From positions 1-42,414 of the forward strand of contig CAZFAT010000360.1 in the NCBI GenBank assembly GCA_964517075.1: 42,414 nucleotides of DNA. The letters run 5' to 3'. The position numbers and the translations under genes are program-made. Positions within the stretch are counted from its first letter, which is position 1. Each line of letters starts with the position of its first letter. The notes beneath the pieces were generated by a model that saw only the letters and a list, made by a program, of their open reading frames with translations, was not told where the DNA came from and made no database searches. Origin of the DNA: an uncultured Solibacteraceae bacterium. GTDB taxonomy: Bacteria > Acidobacteriota > Vicinamibacteria > Vicinamibacterales > SCN-69-37. Positions 1-8,492 of the stretch are shown in pieces.

Positions 1-3000
1 GGGTGTAGAGCCCCTCGAGGCCCGGCGGCATGAGTGAGATCGCCGATGGCGCCATCGTGCGAATCTGATCGCGCGCGAGCGGCAGCGCCGGACCGGATGC
101 CGGCGTCAGGTAGACGGCCTCGGTCGTCTCGCGCTGGACGGTGCCCAGCAGCGACCGCCCGTCGCTCATCGTGATGCTGTAGGTCTCGTAGCCCCGGGCG
201 ATGTTGTCCTGAGGATACGCAATAGCTGCGAGCATCTCCGGCCCGCTGCGGATCCGGCCGATGGTGGAGAGATCGGGCCCGACCTCCCCGCCCGTGCCAC
301 CAATCCGGTGGCACAGCAGGCAGTTGCCCTTGCCCGCCGCGAACGACTGGCGGCCGCGGTTGGCATCGCCGGCGTCGAGCACCGACGCGAGCGCAGTGAG
401 GCGCGCATCCTTGCCGCGATCCCGATCCAGCAACTGCTGAACGAGCTGGCCCGACGCCGTGACCACCTCCGTCGGATAACTCCGGAAGGACCGCCGGATG
501 TCCCCTTCCGTCAAGCCCAGCAGTCCCGGGGACTTGCCAAGTGCCTCGAGCAGCGCCAGGCCGACCTGCGCCTCCCGCGACCGGCCGAGCGCCGGCGTGA
601 GCGCCCGCAATTCCATCGGCCCGGCTGTCTCGATGTGTCGCGCGAGCTGGACCAATTGCGGTGAAGTGAGCGACGCGCGGGCCAGCATCTCGGCGGCCTG
701 AACTCGCACCGGCACCGACGAAGCTCCCAGCAGTCCGAGAGCCAGATCGAAGCTCGCGGCATCCATCGCGGTGGCGCCAGCCCCGCCGCGCCCCCGTCCC
801 CCGGCCTCGGCGGCGGCGCCGCGAATAGCCTGGAGCGCTGAGATCCGGAGCAGCGGATCGCGGGACGTGTCAGCCCCAATCGCCTGCAGCGCCTCGTCAA
901 ATCCGGCCGCTCGCGCGGCCCGCACGATCCGGATGGCTGTCGACGTCAGGTCGGCGTCGGTCGACCTCAGCGCGGCGGTGAGCGGGGCGACCCACGACGG
1001 ATGTACCCGGACGCCGCTGGTGTCCGCGACGGCATCGAGGACAAGCTGCCGGAGGGGGCCCGGCAGACCGGGCCGCGCGAGCGTCTGGCCCACCAGTTCC
1101 TGCACGCCGGCGTCCCGGCCGAACCTGATCAGCAACTCGCGCACGACACCCGCCTGGTCGGTGGAGATCGATTCGGCGCCGATCCGCCGCCGCAGGTCTG
1201 CCGCCACGGCGGCGCTCCACGGCTGGCGCCGGGCGACGACCATCAGTGCGGCGTTCCGCAAGGGCGCGTCTGCGGAATCGAGGAGCGGCAGTACCTGCTC
1301 GGGACGGAGCGGACTCTGCGGCATCTGATCGAGCGCCAGGAGCGCGCCGCGACGGATCGCCGGCTGCGGACGGCTGAGCCCGGCGGCAGTGGCCGCCGGA
1401 TCGTCGATCTCGATGAGCGCAAAGATCAACGCATGCTCGAGCGTGCGATCGAGATCCGGGGCGGCGAGCGCGTCCAGCAACGCGGCCACCGCGTCGGACG
1501 CGTCCAGACGTCCGAGGGCCGCGGCGGCCTCGCGTCGCACGGTCGGCTGCGGATCCGCCAGCAGCCGGCGCAGGCCGGCGACGGCGCCCGCGTCCCCGGT
1601 CGTGAAGACGCTGCGGGCGCCTGCCTGCCGCACGCCCGCATCGGCGTCGGCCAGCGCCCGCCGGACGACGGCGTGCGCCGCGGGGGTGTCGATGCGCGTC
1701 AGCGCCCACACGGCCTGCAGACGCGCCTGGCGATCGCCGCTCCCGATGGCCTGCGTCAGCCCGCGCACCGCGGCATCACCGGCCCGCGCCAGTGTCGCCA
1801 CCGTGCGGTCGCGCACGGCAAAGCGCGGGTCGGCCAGGCGCGTCGCAAGCTGGGCCGGCGTGGCGGCCGCCCACTCCAGCTTCAGTCCGCGCGGGTCGGT
1901 GATCCGGTGCCCGCCCGTCCGTCGCACGCGATAAATCGTGCCGTGCGCGTCCGGCTTGCCAAGGCTCGACGTCGGGCATCCGTTGGTGAACCAGCCACCC
2001 GTGTTGACGACGAGCAGGCTGCCATCGGCGTCCTCGAGGACGTCGGTGAAGTGCAGATCTGGATCCGGCGAGGAGAGGAACACCTCCGTCCGACCGGTGA
2101 ACGTCGATCCCTGCGGCACGAGGATGGTCCGCATGATGCGGTGCGTGTTGAACTCGGCGTGGAAGAGGTTGTGCTGGTAAGCGGGGCCAAGCTCGCGGCT
2201 GCGATACCGCATGATGCCGGCCGGCGCCACGTGGCCGAGGTCGACGACGGGCGTGAGCAGTTCGCCGGTCCGCTTGAACTCGGCGAGCACCGGCTCCTGG
2301 TCGGTCCGCGGGTACGCACCGCCGTAGATCCAGTGCACGATCGCATCGCCGCGCGGATTGCCGTGGAAGATGTTGACCGTGCCGAAGATGTCGCCCTCGT
2401 CGGAGAACGTGACTTCCGCCGGGTTGTCCATCCCGCCGCCGGCGAATGGCTCGACGCCCGTGCCGTCCGGCCGCGAGGACCAGATGCGCGCGCCGGTCGC
2501 TTTCGAGACGAGGCGCGTGCCGTCGTACACCTCGTGGCCTTTGCGGCCATGGCACCAGAAGATCCGGCCAGTGGGACTGAGGAAGGGCCCGTGAATGTCG
2601 GCGGCGTTGCCCGTGTAGTCGAAGCCGGTCGCAATTTCCTTCCGGCGGTCCGCCACGCCGTCGCCGTTGGTGTCGTCGAGCCGCCACATGCTGGGCGGCG
2701 ACCCGGCGTAGAGCGCACCGTCGTGCCAGAGCGCGCCCTGCGGGAACGTCATGCGATCCGCAAACACCGTCGAGCGATCGAACACGCCGTCGCCGTTGGT
2801 GTCTTCGAGCATCCGAATCGCGCTGGGTGTCTGTTCGTTCAGCGCGGCCTTCGCGAGGTTCACACCGGCGTTCTCGGACACGAACAGGCGGCCCTGCTCG
2901 TCGAGTCCGACAAGCGTCGGATGGTGAACGAGCGGCGGCGCCGCGGCAAGCGTCACCTCGAATCCGGGCGGCGCCTGGACGGAGGCCGGCGAAAGGGCGG

Positions 3001-3097
3001 CAGCGGGTGCCGTCTGGCTCGAGACCCGGCCGGACACGACTCCGAGTCCGATCACGCCGGTGACAATCAGACCCGTGAGGACCAGAACTCGCTTCAT
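1..3097 (-). CDS. PVC-type heme-binding CxxCH protein (membrane-bound dehydrogenase-like domain + HEAT-like repeats + C-terminal cytochrome c); 3' end cut by window edge
   Basis: Own translation of the minus strand from ATG 3097-3095 (GGGAGG 4 nt upstream). It reads MKRVLVLTGLIVTGVIGLGVVSG (signal/anchor), then LFVSENAG, EDTNGDGVFD and DDTNGDGVAD. A long A/L/R-rich HEAT-like region follows (DPRFAVRDRTVATLARAG, DPQPTVRREAAAALGRL). The heme motif CLLCH is encoded at 308-322. The frame stays open to position 1, so the gene is missing from the supplied ORF track. Confidence 0.85.
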   Translation of the reverse strand, partial: MKRVLVLTGLIVTGVIGLGVVSGRVSSQTAPAAALSPASVQAPPGFEVTLAAAPPLVHHPTLVGLDEQGRLFVSENAGVNLAKAALNEQTPSAIRMLEDTNGDGVFDRSTVFADRMTFPQGALWHDGALYAGSPPSMWRLDDTNGDGVADRRKEIATGFDYTGNAADIHGPFLSPTGRIFWCHGRKGHEVYDGTRLVSKATGARIWSSRPDGTGVEPFAGGGMDNPAEVTFSDEGDIFGTVNIFHGNPRGDAIVHWIYGGAYPRTDQEPVLAEFKRTGELLTPVVDLGHVAPAGIMRYRSRELGPAYQHNLFHAEFNTHRIMRTILVPQGSTFTGRTEVFLSSPDPDLHFTDVLEDADGSLLVVNTGGWFTNGCPTSSLGKPDAHGTIYRVRRTGGHRITDPRGLKLEWAAATPAQLATRLADPRFAVRDRTVATLARAGDAAVRGLTQAIGSGDRQARLQAVWALTRIDTPAAHAVVRRALADADAGVRQAGARSVFTTGDAGAVAGLRRLLADPQPTVRREAAAALGRLDASDAVAALLDALAAPDLDRTLEHALIFALIEIDDPAATAAGLSRPQPAIRRGALLALDQMPQSPLRPEQVLPLLDSADAPLRNAALMVVARRQPWSAAVAADLRRRIGAESISTDQAGVVRELLIRFGRDAGVQELVGQTLARPGLPGPLRQLVLDAVADTSGVRVHPSWVAPLTAALRSTDADLTSTAIRIVRAARAAGFDEALQAIGADTSRDPLLRISALQAIRGAAAEAGGRGRGGAGATAMDAASFDLALGLLGASSVPVRVQAAEMLARASLTSPQLVQLARHIETAGPMELRALTPALGRSREAQVGLALLEALGKSPGLLGLTEGDIRRSFRSYPTEVVTASGQLVQQLLDRDRGKDARLTALASVLDAGDANRGRQSFAAGKGNCLLCHRIGGTGGEVGPDLSTIGRIRSGPEMLAAIAYPQDNIARGYETYSITMSDGRSLLGTVQRETTEAVYLTPASGPALPLARDQIRTMAPSAISLMPPGLEGLYT

Positions 3098-3154
3098 GGA
3101 GCCTCCCGTCGGCCGAGGACCGAACCACCGGCGCGCATGGCAGTCGTGTCCGGG

Positions 3155-3160
3155 ATTATA
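3155..3160 (-). promoter_or_regulatory. candidate -10 box TATAAT for the heme-protein gene
   Basis: The plus strand reads ATTATA, which is TATAAT on the minus strand, about 57 nt upstream of ATG 3097. A perfect hexamer stands out in GC-rich DNA. No convincing -35. Confidence 0.3.
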
Positions 3161-3261
3161 CGGGACCGCCGCCCCACAGCGGCCGTACGGTCGGCAGCAA
3201 CGGCAGCCTGCTGATGGTGAGCGTGAGCGGAACGGCCGTAACGGTCGACTAGCCTCGGCGC

Positions 3262-4926
3262 TCAGTCAGGCGCGAGCAGCACGGCATTGATCTGCCCCGC
3301 CACGCTGCTGACGCCCTGCGTCACCTCGCGATGTGTCAGTTCGGTCATGAGCAGCCGCTTGAGCACCTCATAGCCGTGGCTCGGGTTCGACAAGTCGCCA
3401 TAGATGGGGCTCTCGAGCAGCCAAACGCGGCGGCCCAGCGCCACGCCCCCGAGGGTCTTCGCCTGTCGGCGAAACTCGACCATCCGGGAAGCGACCTTTC
3501 GGTTGAGGGAGGCCTCATCCAGATTGTGCAGCCGTTCGTCCGGGAAGTGCGCGGTCTCGAGCGACACGCCCGCGTGCATCACCACGTAGGAGGCGAGAGG
3601 CCCGCTGATGTCGAGCGCAATGACCAGGTCCGTTGGCGTCGACTGCGCCTTGAACTGGGCGGCGAGCCGCGCCGAGGCATGCTGATCGGCCTGGCTGTTG
3701 CCGAGGGTCAGCTTGGGTGTCAGCGCGGATACCATCAGCACCAGCAGCACGAGCATCGGGATCCGGGCGGCCGCGCGTCCGTATTCGTTGAGGCGGATCA
3801 CGAGCTCGTGAATGCCGACGCCCATCAGGAGGATGTACGGCGTGTGCCCCGGCAAGTCGTATCGTCCGACGACATACAGCGGCTTGTTCAGCCACGAGTA
3901 CCCAATCAGAAACAGGATCGGCCAGGTCGCGAACACGAGCAGCACGCCGGTCCGCGTCAGCAAGGCTCCGCTGCCGTCGCCCGGCGCCGCCTGATGCTCG
4001 CCAACGATGGCCATCAGACCAGCAACGCCAAAGAAGAGGACTGCCAACGGCGCGACGACAGGGTTGCCTGGGAACTCGAGGTGGCCGGGCAGCCGCCCGC
4101 CGATGTCGAACGCCTCCACAGTGCCCAGAACGAGCCCGATCAGACTCCCCTCGCCCATGAGATCGGCGATCCAGTGATGGCTGTCGCCCTCGGCTTGTTG
4201 CCAGAGGCGCGGCAGCCACGGAAGATAGGCCACCGCAGCCAGCGCGTGCGTGAGCGCCAGCGCCCTCCATCGCGCGCGGGGCGCTCCGAGGATGACGGCC
4301 GCAACCCAGAACGCGCTGACCATCGGAATCATCATGTTGTGCGTGTAGAGACCGGCGACGACGCTCAACCCGTGCGCGACCCACCACGATCGGTTCCCCG
4401 CCCGGATCGCCCGCAGAAAGCTGCCCATCGCCAGGAGCATGAGAAGGACGAGCAGGGCGTAGGCCCGCGCCTCCTGCGAGTAGTACAGGTGCAGCGGCGA
4501 ACAGGCGAGCAGAAACGCGCCCCACCAGCGCGCCGCGGACGGAAGCCGCAGCTCGACGGCCACCCAGAACACGGCGGCGACGGACGCTATGCCGAAAAGC
4601 GCGGACATGGCACGGACCGCCGCGATGTCCGCCCCGACGAGACGCAGCCAGATCCGGAGCAGTGCAAAGTACAGTGGCGGATTGCCACCTTCACTTTCCC
4701 AGAGATTGCCGGTAGCGGCCAGGGCGACTGATCCCAGCTCGTCGAACCACAGGTCCCTGTAAGCCAGCCCGTAGAATCGAAGAGCGGCCGCCAGAACCAG
4801 CAACACCCCGAACGCGGCGAACAGCGTCCGTGAGGAACGGGCGCCTCCCGTCGGCGTTGACGCTGCGGTGTCGGACCGCGTACGGCTCGTCGGCGCAGGA
4901 CGCGGCCGGGAGCGTTCGCGCGTCAC
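3262..4926 (-). CDS. GT-C fold membrane glycosyltransferase, PMT_2/ArnT(GT39)-like
   Basis: This is the last 554 codons of track ORF 3262..6372. The start is set at GTG 4926, which overlaps the upstream stop (GTGA, 4923-4926). Polytopic protein with the loop YGLAYRDLWFDELGS (DE motif after TM1), LHLYYSQEARAY and a soluble C-terminal domain. Confidence 0.75.
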   Translation of the reverse strand: MTRERSRPRPAPTSRTRSDTAASTPTGGARSSRTLFAAFGVLLVLAAALRFYGLAYRDLWFDELGSVALAATGNLWESEGGNPPLYFALLRIWLRLVGADIAAVRAMSALFGIASVAAVFWVAVELRLPSAARWWGAFLLACSPLHLYYSQEARAYALLVLLMLLAMGSFLRAIRAGNRSWWVAHGLSVVAGLYTHNMMIPMVSAFWVAAVILGAPRARWRALALTHALAAVAYLPWLPRLWQQAEGDSHHWIADLMGEGSLIGLVLGTVEAFDIGGRLPGHLEFPGNPVVAPLAVLFFGVAGLMAIVGEHQAAPGDGSGALLTRTGVLLVFATWPILFLIGYSWLNKPLYVVGRYDLPGHTPYILLMGVGIHELVIRLNEYGRAAARIPMLVLLVLMVSALTPKLTLGNSQADQHASARLAAQFKAQSTPTDLVIALDISGPLASYVVMHAGVSLETAHFPDERLHNLDEASLNRKVASRMVEFRRQAKTLGGVALGRRVWLLESPIYGDLSNPSHGYEVLKRLLMTELTHREVTQGVSSVAGQINAVLLAPD

Positions 4927-6224
4927 CGTGCGCTCCGTCCGGCCACGAGCGCCGCATCCCCTCGGCCGTGTCGCCAGGCGGCGCTCCAGACAACGACCGC
5001 CAGAATGGACACGAACCCTCCCAGGACCAGCAGTGAGGGCTCGTATTCCAGCATCAGGTGGTGGCGTCCCGCGACGAGCGGAATGCCTCTCAGGACATAG
5101 TCCGCGGGCAGCACGTCGTACTCGGACTGCGGGCCGGGAGAGAGCGCACGCGCCCGCCAGTCGCGGCTGTATTGGTCGGTGACGAGCAGCACCGCGGGGG
5201 CGGTGGTCTCCACGTCGATTTCGACCGTATCTGAGGTCTCGGACAGCACCCGCGCCGTGCCGGAGGCACCCGGTACGGGCACCGGGTCGGGGACACGTTC
5301 CAGCACGACGGTGCGCTGCGGGTTGAACGCGTCCCGGAGCATCCCGGCCAGGATCGCGTCGCGCGTCGGAAGCACGCGGTAGTCGGAGAGGATCAGCAAC
5401 CGTGGCAACGGGGCCGTGCGACCGCGAGGCAACCCCTCGGCGGCGGCCGCCAAGCCCGGCAGCAGTTGCACGGCTGAAAGCGCGGCGGCCCCGCCGTAGA
5501 CGCCCAGCAACCCTGCCAGCGCACGCCAGCGAATGCCGGGAACAGCCAGGCTCCTCAGGACGGTGTAGAGCGCCACGCCAATCGCGGTATAGAACGCGTA
5601 CTGCACGTGCCCGGCGAGCACCTGCATCGCAGCAGCCGCGCTGGCCGTCAGCAGACCGCGGCGGCGGCCATCGGCAACCCAGTGATGCAGTCCGAGCAGG
5701 ATCCACGGCGCCCAGGCCATCGTGCAGATGTTCGACACATGGCCGGCGTAGAGGTGTGGGAAGACGGGACCGCTCAACGGTAGCACCAGGCCCGCGATCG
5801 CGGCGGCGTGGCGATGGAGCCCGAGCGCCCGGCCCCACAGTGCCATGCCCCACCCCAGCCAGATCAGGTGCAGCAGGAAACAGAGGTTGATCGCCCGCTC
5901 GACGGGCATGCCGAGGAAGATGACGTTGGGCGGATAGAAAAGAGCGGACTGAAAACCGGCGAGGAACGGCTGGCCGGCATAGGTGTAGGGATTCCAGAGC
6001 GGGAAATCCCCGGAGAGAATGGCGTGGGCGGCGAAGCTCCGCCAGGCGATGAACTGCCCGACGACGTCCGTGTCGCGAGCGGACAGCAGCTGCCCCGCCG
6101 GCAACGCCAGGACAACCAGCATCGCGACCGCGGCCAAGGCCGCGACCGTGCGACAACCGAACGGGCCCGCGCGCACGCGCGGCGCCGCTGCGGGCTCGCC
6201 GGCGAGGCGACGCCGGCGCGTCAT
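4923..6224 (-). CDS. YfhO-like polytopic membrane protein (putative glycosyl/lipid-linked sugar transferase)
   Basis: ATG 6224. Multi-TM protein with FPLWNPYTYAGQPFLAGFQSALFYPPN, which resembles the YfhO family signature. At 433 aa it is shorter than typical YfhO proteins. Translationally coupled to the downstream GT-C gene. Confidence 0.65.
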   Translation of the reverse strand: MTRRRRLAGEPAAAPRVRAGPFGCRTVAALAAVAMLVVLALPAGQLLSARDTDVVGQFIAWRSFAAHAILSGDFPLWNPYTYAGQPFLAGFQSALFYPPNVIFLGMPVERAINLCFLLHLIWLGWGMALWGRALGLHRHAAAIAGLVLPLSGPVFPHLYAGHVSNICTMAWAPWILLGLHHWVADGRRRGLLTASAAAAMQVLAGHVQYAFYTAIGVALYTVLRSLAVPGIRWRALAGLLGVYGGAAALSAVQLLPGLAAAAEGLPRGRTAPLPRLLILSDYRVLPTRDAILAGMLRDAFNPQRTVVLERVPDPVPVPGASGTARVLSETSDTVEIDVETTAPAVLLVTDQYSRDWRARALSPGPQSEYDVLPADYVLRGIPLVAGRHHLMLEYEPSLLVLGGFVSILAVVVWSAAWRHGRGDAALVAGRSAR

Positions 6225-6410
6225 GCCGAAGCACCCTGGAAGGCGCGCGGCAACTGGTTGGGATTCCGGGCCGACACACGAACCATGGGCATCGCCGAGC
6301 GGGGGGCTCGGCGTCCTCGGTCGGCAGGTCGGCTGGCTGGCCTAGAATGCGTCCAACGTCGGACGAAAGCAAGCGCGATCCACCGCCTGCCGCGCGGGGT
6401 CTAAGACGTC

Positions 6411-7109
6411 ATGGGCAAGTGGCTGGTTGTTGGTGTGCTACTCGGCGTTGGAGCGGCCGCAGGCGGAACGGCGCAAGCGCCCGAACTGCCAGCCGCTGCT
6501 CTTCTCGGGGCCGAGCGCGGGCCGCTGGCGCTGGCCCTCGTGCTTGCCGCTGCCGGCGTTCCCGCCGGCATCATTACGTCCGAAAATCCCGACCGGGATC
6601 CGGGCGTTCCGATAGCGCCTCCGGGCTCGCCCGCGGTGTCGGGCGAGGCGGTCGCCCAGCGGCTCCAGTCCCACCATCGCCGTTATGTCGTGGAGTGGCG
6701 GCGAGGAGTCGTGGGTATCGAGCCCCGGCAGTCAGTCTGCGGGGAGCGGCTGACCGGGACGACGGTGGGGCCCGCGACGGTCGAAGGACGGGCGGCCCAG
6801 GTCCTGGTGCTCCTCGGCTGGATCGCGAGCGGAGATGCGTCGCCGGTCCACCGAGGCGTCGTGTCGCAGATTGCCATCGGCCGGACCGAACCCGGGCCGC
6901 CGGCACCGGTTCGCACGCTCCGGCTGGTGCTATCGACGAGGGTAACGCTGCGAGAGGCGCTCGACGAACTCATCCGCCAGAACGCGGCCGGGGTGTGGAC
7001 GGTCTGGCAGCACCCCCGTCCGGACGGCGCCGTGGGATGCCGGCTCATCGGCTACTTTCCAGACGGAGTGGTCGTCGCCTCCGATACGGACTTCGCCGTG
7101 GCGTCGTGA
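6411..7109 (+). CDS. hypothetical secreted protein
   Basis: ATG ORF with a signal-peptide-like N-terminus (MGKWLVVGVLLGVGAAAGGTAQA). No family recognised. Somewhat more A/T-ending codons than neighbouring genes. Confidence 0.55.
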   Translation: MGKWLVVGVLLGVGAAAGGTAQAPELPAAALLGAERGPLALALVLAAAGVPAGIITSENPDRDPGVPIAPPGSPAVSGEAVAQRLQSHHRRYVVEWRRGVVGIEPRQSVCGERLTGTTVGPATVEGRAAQVLVLLGWIASGDASPVHRGVVSQIAIGRTEPGPPAPVRTLRLVLSTRVTLREALDELIRQNAAGVWTVWQHPRPDGAVGCRLIGYFPDGVVVASDTDFAVAS

Positions 7110-7135
7110 GACCGCGCGGCGGAGCGGCGGCCCTT

Positions 7136-7714
7136 CTATCGTTGACGGGTTTTCAGATCGCCGGCGATTTGGGTCAGCAGCGCGCGCTCTTCGGCCGAGA
7201 CACGGCCGAGGCCGAGCATTCCACCCGACGCGCCAGCGATCTGCTCGCAGTAGGCGACCAGCTCGTCCGCCGTGAGATCGCCCGCCTGGCCCGACCCCGC
7301 GTCGAGCATGGCCCGGATCAGCCGGCCGGCCCCGGCGAACACGGCGGGTGCGGGCCGCGTGCCGAGCCATTCGACGAGCTGCTGGTGCGCGGGTGACCCC
7401 TCGGCCACGCCGCGGGCCGCGGCGAGCTTCAGCACCAGATCGTACTCATGCTTCGTGACGCCGCCCTCGGCCCACGCTATCTGCACCACCGGCACAAGCG
7501 GCAGCAGGGCGACTGTGTCCGGCGTGAACCCGAGATCGAGCAGCGCCTGAAGCAGCGCCGGGTCCTGCAGGCCGGTGGACGCGCCCATGGCGCGCTTGGC
7601 GTCCTCATCGGCCCTGGCCTTGCGAAGTTTCTCGATCAGCTCCCGGTCGCGCTTCCGGAAGTACTCCTCTTCCATCGCCCGGGCTCGCTCGCCGATCTTC
7701 TCGTGTTCTGCCAT
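7136..7714 (-). CDS. hypothetical protein, tentatively TerB/DjlA-N-like helical domain with charged coiled-coil N-terminus
   Basis: N-terminus EEEYFRKRDRELIEKLRKARADEDAK. IAWAEGGVTKHEYDLVLKLA resembles the ADG-x-E repeat of TerB-like domains. TAGGAT lies 6 nt before the ATG. Confidence 0.6.
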   Translation of the reverse strand: MAEHEKIGERARAMEEEYFRKRDRELIEKLRKARADEDAKRAMGASTGLQDPALLQALLDLGFTPDTVALLPLVPVVQIAWAEGGVTKHEYDLVLKLAAARGVAEGSPAHQQLVEWLGTRPAPAVFAGAGRLIRAMLDAGSGQAGDLTADELVAYCEQIAGASGGMLGLGRVSAEERALLTQIAGDLKTRQR

Positions 7715-7764
7715 CCGAGCATCCTAGCAAATGATGTCCCGTCACTTCCTGCTATCGTGGACGC

Positions 7765-8412
7765 GTGGGCCTCGACCTCCTGGTGCTGCCCCCCGCCGAA
7801 CTCGTGGCACTCGTCATCGCCACGAGTTTTGCCGCCGGCCTGAGCGTCCCGGTCACCGTCGCCACGATCGGACTGCTGGCGCGCACGGGGGCGGTCGTGC
7901 TGCCGCCGTCGCTCGACCCCCTGGCCAGCTGGTGGGTCATCGGGGGCGCGCTTGCGCTGTTCGCGATCGAGTTCATCGCGGACAAGACGCCGGTGATCGA
8001 TCTGATCTGGAACGCGCTGCAGACGTTCATCCGCGTGCCGGCCGGCGCGCTGCTGGCCTACGGCGCGACGGCCCAGCTCTCGCCCATCCAGCAGTTGCTG
8101 GCGGCCCTGCTCGGCGGCGTGGTCGCGCTGGCCGCGCATGGCGGCAAGGCCGCGCTGCATGCGACCGCGAACGCCTCGCCCGAACCGTTCTCGAATGCCA
8201 TCATCGGACTGGGCGAGGACGCACTCGCCATCTTTCTGACCTGGTTCGCGACCGAGCACCCGTTTCTCGCGGCGGGCATCGCGCTGGTCCTCCTGGGCAC
8301 CATCGCGATGCTCATCCACGTCGTCTGGCGCGCCCTGCGCGGCCTGTTCAGACGAAAAGAAAAGAATGGACGCACTGAATTGATGAGAGTTGATCGAGCC
8401 ATTGATGATTGA
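7765..8412 (+). CDS. DUF4126-like integral membrane protein
   Basis: GTG start. Several TM helices. FAIEFIADKTPVIDLIWNALQTFIRVPAGALLA matches the D-K-x-P core I associate with DUF4126. The last roughly 12 codons are encoded by the low-GC ATTGA repeat. Confidence 0.7.
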   Translation: MGLDLLVLPPAELVALVIATSFAAGLSVPVTVATIGLLARTGAVVLPPSLDPLASWWVIGGALALFAIEFIADKTPVIDLIWNALQTFIRVPAGALLAYGATAQLSPIQQLLAALLGGVVALAAHGGKAALHATANASPEPFSNAIIGLGEDALAIFLTWFATEHPFLAAGIALVLLGTIAMLIHVVWRALRGLFRRKEKNGRTELMRVDRAIDD

Positions 8413-8476
8413 TTGGTTGGCGATCCCTCAATCCTTCAATCAGTCTTCAATGATGCGATCGACAAATCGTCAATGC
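8379..8476. repeat. low-GC ATTGA/TCAAT dyad array plus conserved 3' module CGATCGACAAATCGTCAATGC
   Basis: ATTGA occurs at 8379, 8401 and 8408 (plus GTTGA at 8389). TCAAT follows at 8428, 8436, 8447 and 8470. The module at 8456-8476 matches 16315-16334 at about 18 of 20 positions with one indel. Confidence 0.6.
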
Positions 8477-8492
8477 AGGATGTCGACCCCCT

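Noticed and set aside
897-3214. Long track ORFs 1001..3214(+), 1776..3128(-), 1882..2718(-), 897..1709(-) and 1389..1934(+)
   Set aside because: Their translations are Arg/Ala/Pro/Ser-rich with no motifs, typical of off-frame or antisense shadows in GC-rich DNA. The third minus frame gives a coherent heme-protein sequence across the whole region.
6318-6348. GGTCGGCAGGTCGGC direct half-sites and a TAGAAT box in the YfhO/hypothetical divergent spacer
   Set aside because: The half-sites match only the right arm of the REP, with no palindrome or GATGGAG head. The TAGAAT has no supporting -35 and lies 62 nt from the ATG. This is too weak to call.
4927-6372. Upstream 482 codons of the 1036-aa track ORF 3262..6372(-)
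   Set aside because: This part is Arg-rich nonsense that overlaps the well-formed YfhO-like gene in another frame. The real gene most likely starts at GTG 4926, coupled to the upstream stop.
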